The position numbers and the translations under genes were made by a program. Below are positions 37,101-50,719 of a DNA stretch of 64,000 bases, one piece after another. The number at the start of each line of letters is the position of its first letter. The stretch's first letter is position 1. Below the pieces are notes generated by a model, which was not told the DNA's origin, did no database searches, and was given only the letters and a program-made list of their open reading frames with translations. Source of the DNA: Raillietiella orientalis (Eukaryota); assembly GCA_036172245.1 (NCBI GenBank), contig JAYWIR010000026.1, positions 2,852,001-2,916,000 of the forward strand. The letters are read 5' to 3'.

Positions 37101-37478
37101 GAGCAAGGCTACGGGAGGATAACACGACCATAGTGCCATCCAGCCTGCCTCCCAGTTACTGAGGAGGGCGTCCCGATGGCCCCACCTGGATCCAGGAATA
37201 CAGAAGGAGCTTGCCGGCATCCTGCAAAGGATGCAACGGCCCCACCAGCAAGTGTGATCCCTTCCCTTACCCTCCCAACTTTCTTTTCTTTTTTGTTTTG
37301 TTTTTTTTTTTTTTTTCCCCGTTCCCCCTGCTGCCGTGGTGGACCGTACCGGTCTGGGAACCGGTGACCCGGCAGGCTCTGTGTTTCTTCATGCGTGGCT
37401 TGAGCAATGGTCCAGCCACCGCACGTCTTTGTAAAATTTTATTTCACAATAAAAGCTCCGGCGAAATCCGGGTGAAAA
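34148..37478 (+). mobile_element. Segment K: chimeric ORF2 (family-B endonuclease + family-L RT and 3' end) with an internal deletion
   Basis: Starts mid-APE (EIERIS); near-identical to B up to 35183, then L-like; AATAAA 37448-37453. Confidence 0.9.
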
Positions 37479-37494
37479 TCTACTGCCTTGCGTG

Positions 37495-40400
37495 CTCCAT
37501 GGTGGACGTGTTTTCTCGGTGCTCCTCGTGCCAGGAAGTCTACCACAGTGCAAGCGTCGTGTGGTTCCGTGGTCGATCAGGTAGCGATGCCTGACGCGAG
37601 CACCAGGGATGGCCAGGGGGCAGCGGAAACGCCGCCCCCAGAGGCGATGGAGAGCCAGGGGGCGGCGGCAACGTCGCCCCCGGAGGCGATGGAGGTGGGG
37701 GCATACGCACCCACAGAATCGGTCCCCGCTGCAGCGCGGTCGTGGAGCGCCGTTTTGTAGGCGCCATCGCCTGCAGGCGCGGCGGAATTGTCGGCCTATG
37801 TAGAGGAGGGGTACAACCCCTCATTGTTCTACAAGGTAGGCAATCTTTATTCTTTAGAGAGCGCGCGCGCCTTCTCGAATATCATGCGCGCTCTCGATAT
37901 GAAAGAGGAGGATCTCAGCGCTATGACCATTCGCAGCGGAGGTCAGTACGTTGAGGTCATCTGCAAACAAGCAGAGCTGGCCCAACGGCTGCTGAAAACC
38001 CCCGTTGTGATGGGGAAGCGTAGGCTCTTCCTCACTACGGCGGACCGCAGCATAGTGGTCCTCCTGTTAGGCGTAACTGCGCGAATGCGCAAAGAACAGG
38101 TTCGCGCCGCTCTGGAACAGTTCGGAACGATCCACGCGCAGTGGACGAAAGTTAGTCCTTTCGAGGGCTACAGGATCCTGTAACACGGCCTCACGGCTGC
38201 ACGCGTGACCGTTCGGGAGGGCTGCACCCTACCCCACAAACTGGTGTTCGAAGGCAAAACCGTCGGTCTCTGGTATGTGGGGAAGCCGAAATACTGCGGT
38301 TTCTGCAATACGTCGGGCAACCTCGAAAAGAGCTGTCCCAACGTGTAGTGCCAAGTATGCGGCACAATGGGTCACACGAGGGAGGTGTGCCCAAAAGCAG
38401 CAGTGCGGGTGGTTTCCAAGAGAAACCTTAAAAAACGCGTCCGGCTGCTGCAGAAAAAGCTGGCGGCGAAAGCTGCCGCGAAGGGGTCACCAGTTGCGCC
38501 AAAGACCCAGGCCGCTCCCGAGACCACGGCAACCAACGCCGAAAAAGTTGAGGGAGCCGGCCAGGAGACTGGGTGGCAATTGGCAAAGGCCAAAAAATCA
38601 AAGAAGAAGAGTAGACTGAAGAAAAAAATCGCCTGCCAACAGAAGAAGATAGAGCTGGGTAGCGCGATAATTAAAGAGTGCAGCGTCGTCGTCGAACGCG
38701 TTCTTGATGTTTCCGAACGCTGCCAGAAAGAACTGGCCGCTACCGACGACCTCCACTCTGTTGACTCTGTCAACAGCGAGAAGAGCGAGCCGGCGGCGGC
38801 GTCCGTCATCGACACCACCATCGATGACGTCGCCTTCGCGCGAGCCGCGAAAAAGCTGGCTGCCTCGTTACAGCCAGAAACCTCCAAGGCAAGTAAGCAC
38901 GCCTTAAGGCGTCCGGCCTCCCCTCAGGAGTCCCTCATTTCCAACCCCGAGGTGGAAACCCGAAGCGCAGCCTCCAATTCCACGGCACCCCGCAAGAAGG
39001 CTGGACGTAAGTCCACAAAGCCGAGGAAGCTCGTCTCCCCCGTCGAAGGGAAAGAGATGACTTCCGCAAGCGAGGGTGCCATGAGCGTGGGAAACTCGCG
39101 GGATCCGTCGCCCGAGAGACTCCCACGCACGGACACGGAGGGGATGGAGGGGGTGGAGGCCGAACAGGTGCCTCAGGTGACTGAGAAGGCCGAAACCCCC
39201 TTCCACATCCCGCCTACCTCGCAAGAGGCGGGCTCCCCCACACCTTAATCTTCTTAGTAGTAATGCCGGGAATCTCTTCCCGCCGTCGTCTGCGCAACGC
39301 CGTTTGGATCGTGAACGGCATGACAGACGCCGGCAGGAAACGAGACATGGCCGCCCTTCTGGAGTCCTACGACCTTGTGCTGCTGAAGGAGATCCACGTG
39401 ATCTCTGCAGAACAAGCGCAAGAGATCGAACGGATCTCCGGATGGCGGCTGTGATACAGGTGTGGGATTCCGAAAAGTTGTGGTCTTGCCTACCTGCTTC
39501 GGCCAGCCGTCGAGGCCGCGGCTCGGGGAGTGCGATTCCACGATCAAGGTCGTGTCGTCCGTCTGACTCTCATGTGGTCCGACGCGATCGATCTGATTGT
39601 CACGAACGTGTACGCACCGAGCGGCGCTGTCCTAATGAACACGAGGGCGAGGAAAGAGTTTTTCCTTGCCCTCCGGCGCGATTGGCTGACCGTAGCAGGC
39701 GTGCGGCATACCTATCTGCTTGCAGGAGATTTCAACGTTCGCCTCAAACCAGATGGGCAGAATCCCGAACGTAACCTGGTCAACGAGGTGTGCATGGCGG
39801 TGCACACCTGTAATTTGTTGGCCAGTGCACCGGGGATGGAGGACAGCATCGACGTCGTGTTTCTTGACCAGCACCTGCTCCCTCGCGTGGGCAGGCGCGG
39901 CAAGTTACCGTGCGAGCTGTCCCACCATCGCCCGCTAGTCCTCGAGATCCATCCGCGCGAGAGGGGCCCCCCTTCCTCAGCGTGGCGTCTCCCAGGGGAC
40001 TGGCTGAAGCTCCCGTACGCGGCGGACCATCTCCGCACGTTCATACGGAGCTTCAGGTTGTGGCACTCTAGGATTGGGACCGCTTCAAGCGGTCGGTCCA
40101 GGAGTTCTGCGACCAGTTCCCTCTGCGCCGCCTACCTACGGGTTTTAAGACCGGGGTCCGCAACGAACGAGCCTACCTGCAGGCCCGTCGTTACGCCAGG
40201 ACCCTTGACATCCGCAAACTGGCGGAATACAAAGCGGCAGCCGAGAGGCAAGCCTGGCAGTCCGGATCGGCCAGCTTGCTGGACGATCAGGGCCAGGAGC
40301 ACTCGGCACCCGCCCAAATCCGCGGCCTGCTGCGGAGTTATTACTCCCTTCTATATGCCAGGGCACCTCCGGAGAGGAACGTCTCACGACTCCTGCTTCC

Positions 40401-43057
40401 GAAAGGCGCTCCAGCGTTTGGACAGCAGGAGAGAAAGACCCTCGACGAGCCTTTCACGATGGACGAGATCCTCTCGGACATCGGAAAACTCAAGAGCCGC
40501 ACGGCTGCAGGGGAACACGGCCTGCCCGCGGAGTTTTAGCAAACATTCGCGGCTGAGCTTACTTCCCTGGTACAGCAACTTACCTTGCTGATACGCGAGA
40601 CAGGTGACGTTCCGCCTCGTTTCGTTCGGCAAAGGTGCGTCTCCTTCTTAAGGGAGGGGACCTGTATAGGATGAACAACTGGCCTCCCATCACAATAGTG
40701 AATGCGGACGCCAACTTGCTAGCTCAGGTTTGAGTAGAGAGGTTGAGACGGTTTGGCAACATCTTCATCAGTTGGAAACTGACATATGCTGTTACCTGGC
40801 GAAGCATGGAGGCGAACCTGTTCCACGCCTTCTCGTGGCTAGAGCTCCAACAAGTAAGGAGTTTGGTGCGCAGCCGGAATTTCGGTGCGTGAGCCGGCAA
40901 AGGGTCGGATGGTCGGGTGGGGGAGGGAGCCCTCGCGGTCGTAGTCGACTTGCAGAATGCATTCGATTGCGTCGACCGGAATCCCCTTCTGAAGCTTCTG
41001 GAACGCTTGGGCTTCTTGTCCTCATTAGAGGTCTATCTGCGCTCCAGCTTACGCGACGCGCTCATTGACGTTTCTTCCAGTGGGCAGACCGTGTACGGCG
41101 TTCCGGTGCGACGTAGGATTTGGCAGCGAGACAGCCTTAGCCCCTTGCTCTTCAGTACCTACTTTGAGCTGGAACTGAGAGTTTACAGGGAATCTCTGGC
41201 GCACCTGCCGCACGACTCTGCTGGTACGTTGGCCGTTTCAGCGTACGCGGACGACCTTCTGCTGCTGCTCCTTATATCCACTTCGGCTTCGGCGGTCAAG
41301 GAGTTCTTCGACCTGTTGCATCGGGGAACCGGACTAAAGGTGAACAGGGCGAATTCATCCGTGATGCCAGTTGGTGCAGCGTGGGAAGGGCGGCAGGACT
41401 GGGACCGTTTAAGGATCCCTACGGTGAGGTACTCGAAGTACCTTCGTGTGCCTTCGGGGACTACTCCATTGCGGAAGCGTGGTCCGGCTGCCTCCAAAAA
41501 GTAGAGACGGTGATCGGCCCGTTCCGAGGCGTCTGGTTTTTCCTGCTTGAACGGGCCGCGCTTTGGAACACGTTCGTTGCTCCTCTCCTCCTCCCTCTGC
41601 TTTTTGTTTGACCTTCACAGAGAGGATATAAAAGCGGACAAACGACCTTCTCCGTATCGCCCTTTGAGGCAATGGGAGGGCCCGAGTCCGCTTAAAGGAC
41701 TTGTGTGCTCCTTGTCGGGATCGTTGCCTGGGCATCCTGACGCTGGAGCGGCTGGAGCTTCGGCTCCAGTTTCGAATGTCGGTACTTCTTCCAGAGTTGT
41801 GGTGCACCTATTGGTGCGTTCCTGCACGTCTTTTTCTTCAGCAATCCACCGGTAAGACGGGACTCACGTCGTTTCTTGCACCGCGTCGCCGCGTCAACCG
41901 ATGCGGAATTCAGCTACGGAGGGTGGCTGCGCTGATACGGGGAAAGCAAGGATTGATCACCTGTCGCCCTTTCTAAGGTAGTGCCTGGTTGCAGGGAACC
42001 GTTCTCACGTGGTAACAGTTCGGCATGCAACGCTCCTAACAGAAACGAAGGTTCCTGTTTGGGGGTTACAGAAGTTGCACGCTCCGTGAGATCCTGGAGG
42101 ATCGAAAGAAGAGAGCGTGGGCAGGAAGAACTTCCCTCGTTGCTGCGCTGCTCTCCCTGATAGAAGATCTGAACAGCAATGTTTGGGCGAAGTATGAGGT
42201 TACAGTGACAATCTCCTAGAAGGAGAAGATAGGAGAGTGAAAGACGGGTCAGCTGAATGACGCTGCCACCCCGAGTACGCCTCCCCATGGACTTCTAAGC
42301 TGGGGTGCGCTGCTCTACGTTTCCACTGAACGTTTGAAGTGGCCTGCGGTTATAATGAACACCTTTACCCTCCCCTTAAAATGGCAGGAGTCGGCATTCC
42401 TGTTGCAGCACTGAGGACTCCCTTGCAACGCCCGCCGACACCACTGTGCCTGGGGAGCGGTGGAACCCCAATTGCGTCAGGTGTGGGGAACGGGAGTCCC
42501 TCCCCCACGTGCTAGTGGATTGTGTTGCCCTTCGGCCCCTTTGGTTTTGCTTTGCCGCGGCCATCGGAATCCCCTGCGGCAACCCCAGGGACGCACTGAA
42601 AGCCCTTTTCGCTGACGACGCCTTGCGGCTCGCGGCCTCGTTAGCAGCCCTGTGCTGCCTGCGCGGGATCGTCGCCGCCTGGAGCATGGCTGCGGGAGGA
42701 CAGCGCAACCAGGGTTCCATCCAGTTAGCCTCTCGGTTCCAGAGGAGGGCGTCGCGATGGCCCCATCTAGACCCAAGCATGCAGCAAGAGCTTGCCGGCA
42801 TCCTGCAAAGGATGCAACGGCCCCACCAGCTGCAGTGATCTCTTCCCGTAGGCTGTAATTTTTTGTTTTCTTTTGGTTTTGTTTTCTGGTTTTTCCCCCT
42901 TCCCTCAGCTTCCGTTCTGGACCGTACCGGTCTGCGAACCGGTGACCCGGTAGGCTCTGGGTTTCTTCTTGCGTTTCTGAAGCAATGGTCCAGCCACTGC
43001 TCTTCTTTCTTATGGTTTATTGTTACAATAAGCGCCTCGAAGAAATCCAGGTAAAAA
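37495..43057 (+). mobile_element. Element L: full-length family-L retrotransposon, many disablements
   Basis: GGACGTGTTTT at 37504; ORF1 37587-39248 with in-frame stops; TAATG at 39261-39265; ORF2 39263-42838; 3' UTR like K. Confidence 0.93.
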
Positions 43058-46000
43058 TCGAATGCTTCATGCAAATGTGCTGCTACTACCAAGGCTCCCG
43101 GCCTTTCTCCCGTCCGTCCTTACTGGAGCCCGCTGTCGGCAGAAGGTCTAGCCGCGGTTGGGCTGTCCGTCGCATCTCGCTCTTGCAGCTGCCACCAGGT
43201 GCGCGCCAAAAGAAGGTTCGCATCCATGGGTCTACCTGATGCAGATTAAGACTGCAATGGGCTCACTACGGACTCCGCGACTTGCCCTAGGCGCGTGTCC
43301 CACAGCTTCGAAAACAACTTGACGTCCGTATTCACTAACCTGATCGGACGCCAGTTGTTGAGATGGCGCATATCTCTTCCTTTTGGAAGGAAACGCTCCC
43401 TTGCTGAGCGGAAGGAAGAAGGGACATTGCCCGTCACCCTAATCAACGTTGAGAGTCTGAGCACCAGTGGGGCGAGTTCCGCAGCGAAGCTGTGATAGAA
43501 CTCCGCGGGCAGCCCGTCCTCACCTGCCGTCTTGCGTTTCTTCAGTCCTGCGATGGGCGAAGAAACTTCCTCCAACGAGAAGGGCTCGTCGAGACGGGCG
43601 CGTTCCTCCTCGCTGATGACGTGTGCACCCCGCTGCAGGAGCAGTTCCTAGAGGATCCTCTCCGCGGGGGATTTGGCGTAGAGCAAGAAGTGACGCTTCA
43701 TTGTTTGCCGTACTTCGGCAGGAGCCGTGCATTCATTGCCTGGTTCGTTGAGCAGAATAGCCGCTCCAGACTGCCAGACCTGGCGCTCGGCCCTCGCCTT
43801 GTACTCTGCGAGGTGCCGAACTTGCGCACGTCTAGAAAAGGTGCGCGCCTGCAGAAATTCTCTGCTATTGGCCACGCCTTTTCCAAAGCCGCGCGGTAGG
43901 AGGTGCAGGGGTACCGGTCGCAAAACTCGCGAACCGATCTTTTAAGATGTTCTCATTCTGCGAGCTGCCGGATGGCAATGCCGCGAAGGAACTGACGAAG
44001 ATGCTTCGCCGCCTCCGGATGACTAAGTCAATCCGCCGGCATCCTCCAAACATTGTTCGCAGGTCCTTTGCCTGGCGGGAGTAGCTCGAACTCCAGCCTA
44101 TCATGGTTCGATAAGATGGAGAGCACCCTGCCTCTCCTTCCCATTCGTGCGAGTAGGTGTTCATCGAGGTAGAGGTGATCCACGCACCTTTCCAGTCCAG
44201 GCTCGCCGGCTTCCAAGTTATGCGCGTGCACCGACGCGAATGCCTCTTCCACCTGCGACCGTTCCGCCAGGGACCTCGTCTCGTTGGAAAGCAGGTGGAC
44301 GTTGAAGTCCTCTGCGACGAGATGTGCCACTCTGGCTCCGGAGTTCCTAAACCACTGGCTCTCAAGCACATCGAAGAACTCGATTCTTTCGGCGCGCCGA
44401 TGAAAGCCGCTCGGCGCGTAGACGTTCGTCAGGACGAGGTCGATTGAATCTGACCACTTGAGTACAAGTTGGCGTATTCGCCCTTCCTGGTTGAATCGAA
44501 CGCTGCGCACCGCTCCTGCCATCCTACTATTAACGAGAAACCCGACTCCGCACGATTGTGCAAAACCTTATCGCCAGTACAGGCTGCCACCCGCGCACTG
44601 TACAATTTCGGCAACCTCCCCGTCGGAGATGTGATGCATCTCCTGAAGGATCGCCAAGTCGAAATGTCGCAGGGTGTCTGACCCGCCGCTCCTCTTTCCG
44701 TCCTTGCGCAGCCCGTTGACGTTCCAACATGCTACGCTGAACCGACGAAGAGAGGCGACTTCCTGCATTAAGGCTGGGAAGGTGAGCACAGGTTTCTTGC
44801 CTTGTCCGGCGAGTGGTCACGAGACAGAACGGCAGAGTTTGGAGAGGGGACATCTCCATTCGAAGCCGCCCTGCCTGTTGCCGGTAGCTCAGAGGTGAGG
44901 TTCATCCTCTCCTCTTTGCTCCCCGGCAAAAGATCCTCTTCGGCGACCACGCGCTTGCGGGTCTTCGGAAGGCGATTGCGCGGTTTCGGGCGAGTTTCGC
45001 GCTGTGTGCTCATTCTGTCGGACTCTGGATCAGAATCCGACAGTGGAGCGCTTGCCAGGCGCTGCTTCTGTTTTCCGGAATTGGGGAAATCATTTGATGC
45101 CTGTTTCTTAGCGCTTTCTGCTACTGCGGCTGGGACTTTCGCCCTTTTAGCCGCAGTAGCAGCTTCCGCTCCATTCGCGATGGGAAGACTGCACAGGAGG
45201 AAAGGATCGCAATCTTTTTTGGGGATGGTTTCGCGTGTTTCTTTCGCCCGCTCACCTCCACACAGAGCTGCGAGGACCTTAACCGTTTCTTTTTAATTAC
45301 CTTTCTAACCTGCATTCAGCCGTCTTCCTTCGCGTCGCAGTTATCTTTGCCCTCCTGAGATGGCGCTGCGTCCGCAGATGTAAGAAACGCCGCCTTGGCT
45401 GCCTCTTGAAGTGCTGCCTCCGCGCAGGCGTAAGCGCCTCCCTTAGCGATCACGAGAGGCGCTGCCTCTTTCAGATCGGAGGATCCGCGCGTTGCCTTTG
45501 CGACCGCTGGGGGTACTGCTGTAGCGGTTGTGCTCGCCCTAGCAGTTTCTTCCTTGGCCGCAGTAGGCGCTGCGTCCGCGCGCGAGGGCTGCGGGTTTGC
45601 CGGCTGTTTCGTCGCGGCACTCGGCGCCTGGGGCACCTTGGCCGCGGTAGGCTTAGCCGGCACGGAGTTCTTTGCCCGCGGGCGCGTTTTTCCCGTATCG
45701 GGCGAACGACCGCATTCCTCGCCACTTGCCGAGGCCTTGATAGGAGGCTTTGCGGTCGCGATGTTGTCAGTAGGAGGCTTCTTGCCTTTCGGCGCACTCT
45801 CTCCTGCTTTGAAGTATTCGCTGCGAGTCTCGGTGAAAGTTCGCATTCTTCGCTAGCTTCCGTCGGCTCTGTAGCCTCAGGCTTCGCCGCGACGAGTTTT
45901 TCTATGTTTTTCTCCCATTTTTTGTGGAGGGGAGGAAGAGTTTTCTGCGCATGCGCGCTCGCGCTTTTCGCAACGCTCTCCGAAGTTTTGAGGTTTTTTT

Positions 46001-46923
46001 ACCTCGATTCGCGGCGTTTATTTCGCGGTGCGAAACGCGCTTCGTTCTTTCGCTTTTCGGTTTTAAAAGGAGCTCCGGGCACGTTTCTTTTGTGTGCCCG
46101 GGCTCGTGGCAATAACAACAAGCAGCCGACGGACACTTCTAAGGCGGTGACCCTTCTGCCCGCATTTCGCGCACACAAGCGTTTGCCCCGCAAACCACAG
46201 GCGGACAGTCATTCCATCCACCTGCAGTCTTGTGGGCATTGCCCGGCGATCCGCCATCGTCACTCGCACTTGCGCGAGCCCGCTGTGATGGTCTTCGAAA
46301 CCCTCAGCAGGGTTTGACAACTTCCAAAGCGCGTGAACGGAGGCGAATTTTTCAAGGGCCTCCACGACCTGGCGGTCCGAAAGGCCCTTGCTCACTCCAC
46401 TCAGCCGGACAACGGACGATTGATCCGCAGTGGTGGGGAGTATTTCCTGCCCACGAATGAGCAGCGGCGTGTGCAGCAAACGCTGCGTAAGGAGAGCGTC
46501 CTTACTGGACACCTCCCAGTAGCCGCACCCACTCATGGGCATGATGGACACCAGTTGGCCTTTTTGAACTCCAATCCGTTGGAGTTCCTGGCCAAACTCG
46601 CGCCCAACCCGCTCAGGCATAAGGACACTTAACTTATACCTGAGTGCAGGCGTGTAGCCATTTGCTACATACGCCTGCAGCTCAGGACTGTCGGGCGAAG
46701 GTCCCATTGTAGCCGCGAGGGCAGCGACCTGGGCGAACGTCCTCGCCGTCCGCGAGGACAGTGGCTCCTTGCTAGCAGCCGAAACCGCCATCTCAGTTGC
46801 AGGTACCGTTTCCTTCTTGCGGCTGATGTTCCTCTTTGCTCTCATTGCAGCACAGAAGCACAGCAGAACAAGAACACACAAGAGTCAGCCTACCGCGGAA
46901 CGACGCAAAAGCACGTCCGTATG
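43058..46923 (-). mobile_element. Segment M: 5' part (ORF1, APE, RT N-terminus) of a J-like family, cut at RT motif A by L
   Basis: ORF1 from ~46845 (AYVANGYTPALRYK, CAKCGQKGH); TAATG at 44766-44770; VACWNVNG and NNWRPI; ends at AHLHEAFD; 5' GGACGTGCTTTT at 46907-46918. Confidence 0.9.
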
Positions 46924-48832
46924 CGACCGGCGCTAATGCGGGAAAAGGGAGATGTTCCCGCTTCCTTCCGCTCAACGAGAGTGCGGGTCCTGCCGAAAGA
47001 CGGGGATTTGCGCCAACTCAACAAGTGACGTCTGGTCACATTGGTAAATTCGGACATCAAGTTGTTCTGGAAACTATGGAACGCGTGGCAGGGCAGAATC
47101 GCCGAGTCCTAGGTAAGTACGGAGCAGACGTATGCTGTTCCGGGGCGGTCCATGGACGCGAATCTCTTCTTCACGCGAAAATGGTTCAAGTTGCAGCAGC
47201 GCGTGGCGCAGCAGAGCCTGGCAGCCGAAAGCGCCGCTGCCAAAGGTAAGCGGCGGGGCTGAAGGCACAATGGAATGCCGGGGGCCTTAGCGGTCGCCGT
47301 CGATCTCTTCAAAGCGTTCGACAAAGTAAACCAGGACTTCCTTCTGGAGCTTCTGAGACGCCTAGACCTCCCGACGCAGCTCATCGCCTAATTGCGCTCC
47401 AGCTGGCACCATGCTTTATGCTGTATCTCTTTTAGCAGGCGCCACGTGTACGGCCTTCCCATACGGTGGGGTATCAGGCAGAGAGACAGCTTAAGCCCCA
47501 GCTCTTCAGCATCTTCTTTGAGTTGGTGCTGAGGGCGTACAGGCTGACGCTGGCCAACTTGTTGAGCTCCTGCCCGGGAACTGCGGCCGTGGCTGCCTAT
47601 GCTGACGACCTTCTCCTGCAGCAGCAGGAGCATGTCAACCCTGGCGTCCAGGCTTGAAGACTCCTTCGAGCTCATTTATCGGGTAGCGGGTCTGAGCGTG
47701 AAGAGGACGAAATCAACCGTTGTACCGGTTAGCTCTTTGTGGGAGGGGCGGTCCGACTGCATCCTCCTGGGGAACCCCACAGGTAGGTGCTTTAAGTATC
47801 TTGGCTTTCCCTTAAGGGCCTTCTGTCCAGCCTAAGCGTGTTCGGACTTTCTTCACAAGACCGAGACTGCTCTGGGACGGATTCCAAGGCTGCAGGTTCT
47901 TCCTGCAGAAACCAGACTTTGCGTGGAACGTTTTCGTTTCCATCCTCCTCCGTTTCTTCTTTTTTGTTTTTTCCACGCCTTAGTCGGCTAAGCGTCTGGC
48001 GAAATGCCTGTTGCTATTCGCCTTGTGGGAACCGGTGAACTCCAGGATCCACCACAAGGACTTGGCGGCTTTTCAGCAGGATGCATGATTGGGATCGCTT
48101 TGGCGCTCTTGCGGATCGAACAGCTAGAGCTGTTCCCCATGCTGCGCCCAGCTCTGGATTGGTGCGCTTAAACGCAGCTGCGGCTGCGGCGCTACATGGG
48201 TGGCAACGGACATCGTTCGTTTTACCTGCGCACGGAGCGCTTCTAGAGAGGATTCGGCTTCCCTCTGAAGCAGCTCGCCTCGCTTCTGGGAACGCATTTG
48301 TGATCTTCTGCCAGCCGACGAACCTCAACGCCTGGAGGCAGGAAGCTTTATTGTCCTAACCAGCGCAACAGGATGTGTCCCGTTTGAAACACCGCTGCGT
48401 GAACCTTTCTCCATACTGTCAATTGAGGGAGGTGTTGAAAGACCAGGACCAGTGGACATGCCTAGCCGCTACGTTTCTCGCCGAAGCACTTTCTGCACTG
48501 ATGGTGCAAGACGACATTGACCTACCGGCGAAGTGGGAGGTCGCTTGCAGTATCGCATGCGAAATTCGACTTCTGGGTGGCTGGAGGACTTGCGAGCTGG
48601 CAGACGCTGCCACGCCTCGCCTTTGTGCCAAGGGACTTCTCAGGTAGAGGGAGCTCCTCGGAGTGCCCGCCGAAGAACTTGTGGTCCCTTCTGCGTCCTT
48701 GGACGCGACTGTCTTCCCCCTTCGGTGAAAACAGGACGCTTTTCTGCTGTAGCATTGGGGTCTGTACTGCAACCAGCGCGCGCACTTGGTTTACGTTGGA
48801 GTTGCGTCCCCGAATTGTGCAACATGCGGAGT
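46924..48832 (+). mobile_element. Segment N: degraded RT-to-finger portion of ORF2
   Basis: LMREKGDVPASF, AVDLFKAFD, YADD, FKYLG and PNCATCG across several frames. Confidence 0.85.
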
Positions 48833-48834
48833 AC

Positions 48835-49329
48835 CGAATGCCAAGGTACTTGATGTTCTCGCCCGCGGGTATCCCCAACCGGTTCCAGTTCGACCATCAT
48901 GCCCGCGACGAGTCCGATGAAACAATCGACGACTTTGCTCAGTTTACCTCGAGACATGTCCCACGGTGCAGCAACTCGAAGAAATCCTCAAGCGCCCATA
49001 CCGGGGTGGACCCTTGAAGCAGGGGCAGAAGGTCGTCGGCATAGGTCGACACGGCAAGCGTACCGGAACACGAGCTCGGCAGGGTTGCCAAAGTTTCCCT
49101 GTATGCTCTCAGCGCCAACTCAATGTAGATGCTGAAGAGCAGGGAGCTGAGCCTGTCACCCTGCCGAATGACGCGACGCACCGGCACTCCGCACACGTGC
49201 CGGCCGCTGAAATTGATATTTATAAATGCGAAGCGCCAGCAGGAGCGCAGGTAGGCCAGGAAGACGGCCGGAAATCCCGTGCTTTCCAAGCGCTTGAGGA
49301 GGAGATCTTGTTCGACGCAGTCGAAGGCA
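48835..49329 (-). mobile_element. Segment P: RT fragment (AFD to KYLG)
   Basis: ORF 48939-49289 with RQGDRLSS and YADD. Confidence 0.85.
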
Positions 49330-50712
49330 TGGGATACGGCAGAGAGACAGCCTGAGCCCCTTGCTCTTCAGTATCTACTCCGAGTTGGTACTGAGAGAGT
49401 ACAGGGAAACTCTGGCGCACCTGCCGCACGACTGTGCCTCTATGCCAGCGGCTTCAGCGTATGCAGACGACCTTCTTCTGCTGCTCCCTATGACCAGCCC
49501 GGCTTCGGCATTCGAGGAGTTCTTCGATTTGCTGAATTGGGGAACCGGACTTACGGTGAAAAGGGTGAAGTCGTCCGTGATGCCAGTTGGTGCGGCGTGG
49601 GAAGGGCAGTAGGACTGAGTTCGTTTAAGGATCTCAACGGTGAGGTACTTCAAGTACCTTGGTGTGCCGTTGGGGGACTACTCCCCTGCGGAAGCGTGGT
49701 TCGGCTGCCTCCAGAAAGTAGAGACGGCGATTGGCCTGTTCCGAGGAGTCAGGTTTTTCCTGCCTGTACGGGCCGCGGTTTGGAACACGTTCGCTGCTCC
49801 TCTCCTCCGTAACCTGCTTTTTGTTTGCCCCCCCCACAGAAAGAATGAAAAAGCGGACGAAGGACCTCCTCCGTATCGCCCTTTAGGGCAACAGGAGGGC
49901 CCGTGTCCGCTTGAAGGGCTTGTGCACTCCGCGTCGGAACGGCGGTCTCGTCCACCTGACATTGGAGAGGCAGGAGCTTCAGCTCCAGTTCCGGATGTTG
50001 GCCGTTGTGCCGGAGCTGTGGTGCACCCGCTCGTGCGTCCCTGCACGTCTCCTCGTCAAGGAAGCCACCGGGAAGACGGGACTCACGTCCTTTCTTTCAA
50101 TCCAAGGCTCCCGCATCAACCGATGTGGGCTACATCTGCGGAGGGTGGCTGCCTTGGTTCGAAAAAATCAAGGATGGATCACCTGCCGCCCCGCGAACGG
50201 TAGTGCCTGGTTGCAGTAAACCGTTCGCACGTGGGCACAGTGCGGTATACAAGGCGCTCAACAGAAACGACGGTTCCTGTTTTGGAGTTGCAGAAATTAC
50301 ACGCTCCGTGAGATCCTGGAGGATCCGAAGAAGCGATCGAAAAGGGAGAACCCCGGTCAGAGAGAACCCTTCTCGCTGCTGCGCTGGCCTCCCTAATAGA
50401 TCAGGACAGCGATGTTGGGGCGAAGTGGGGGGTTAATGTAACCATCTCCAGAAAGGAGAAGAAGCAGCGAGAGTCAAAGACGGGCAAGTTAACAGATGTT
50501 TCGACCCCGAGTACGCCTCCCCATGGACTTCTGCGCTGGAACGCGCTACTCGATGTTCCTATTGAACATGTGAAGTGACCCCCGGTGCTCAAGAACATTT
50601 CCACCCTCCCCTTGAAATGTAGGGTGTCGGCTCTACTGTTGCAGTACTGGGTACTCCCCTGCAACGCCCGCCGTTACTACTGTATCTGGGGAGCGGTAAA
50701 CCCTAATTGTGT
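49330..50712 (+). mobile_element. Segment Q: 5'-truncated family-L RT fragment
   Basis: Starts at GIRQRDSLSP; closely similar to the K and L 3' halves; stops at PNCV. Confidence 0.88.
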
Positions 50713-50719
50713 GACTTGG

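Noticed and set aside
2189..42420. Many CAG>TAG and TGG>TAG/TGA stops suggesting RIP-like CpA mutation
   Set aside because: Ascertainment bias, since only these codons become stops by transition; a full substitution spectrum against consensus would be needed.
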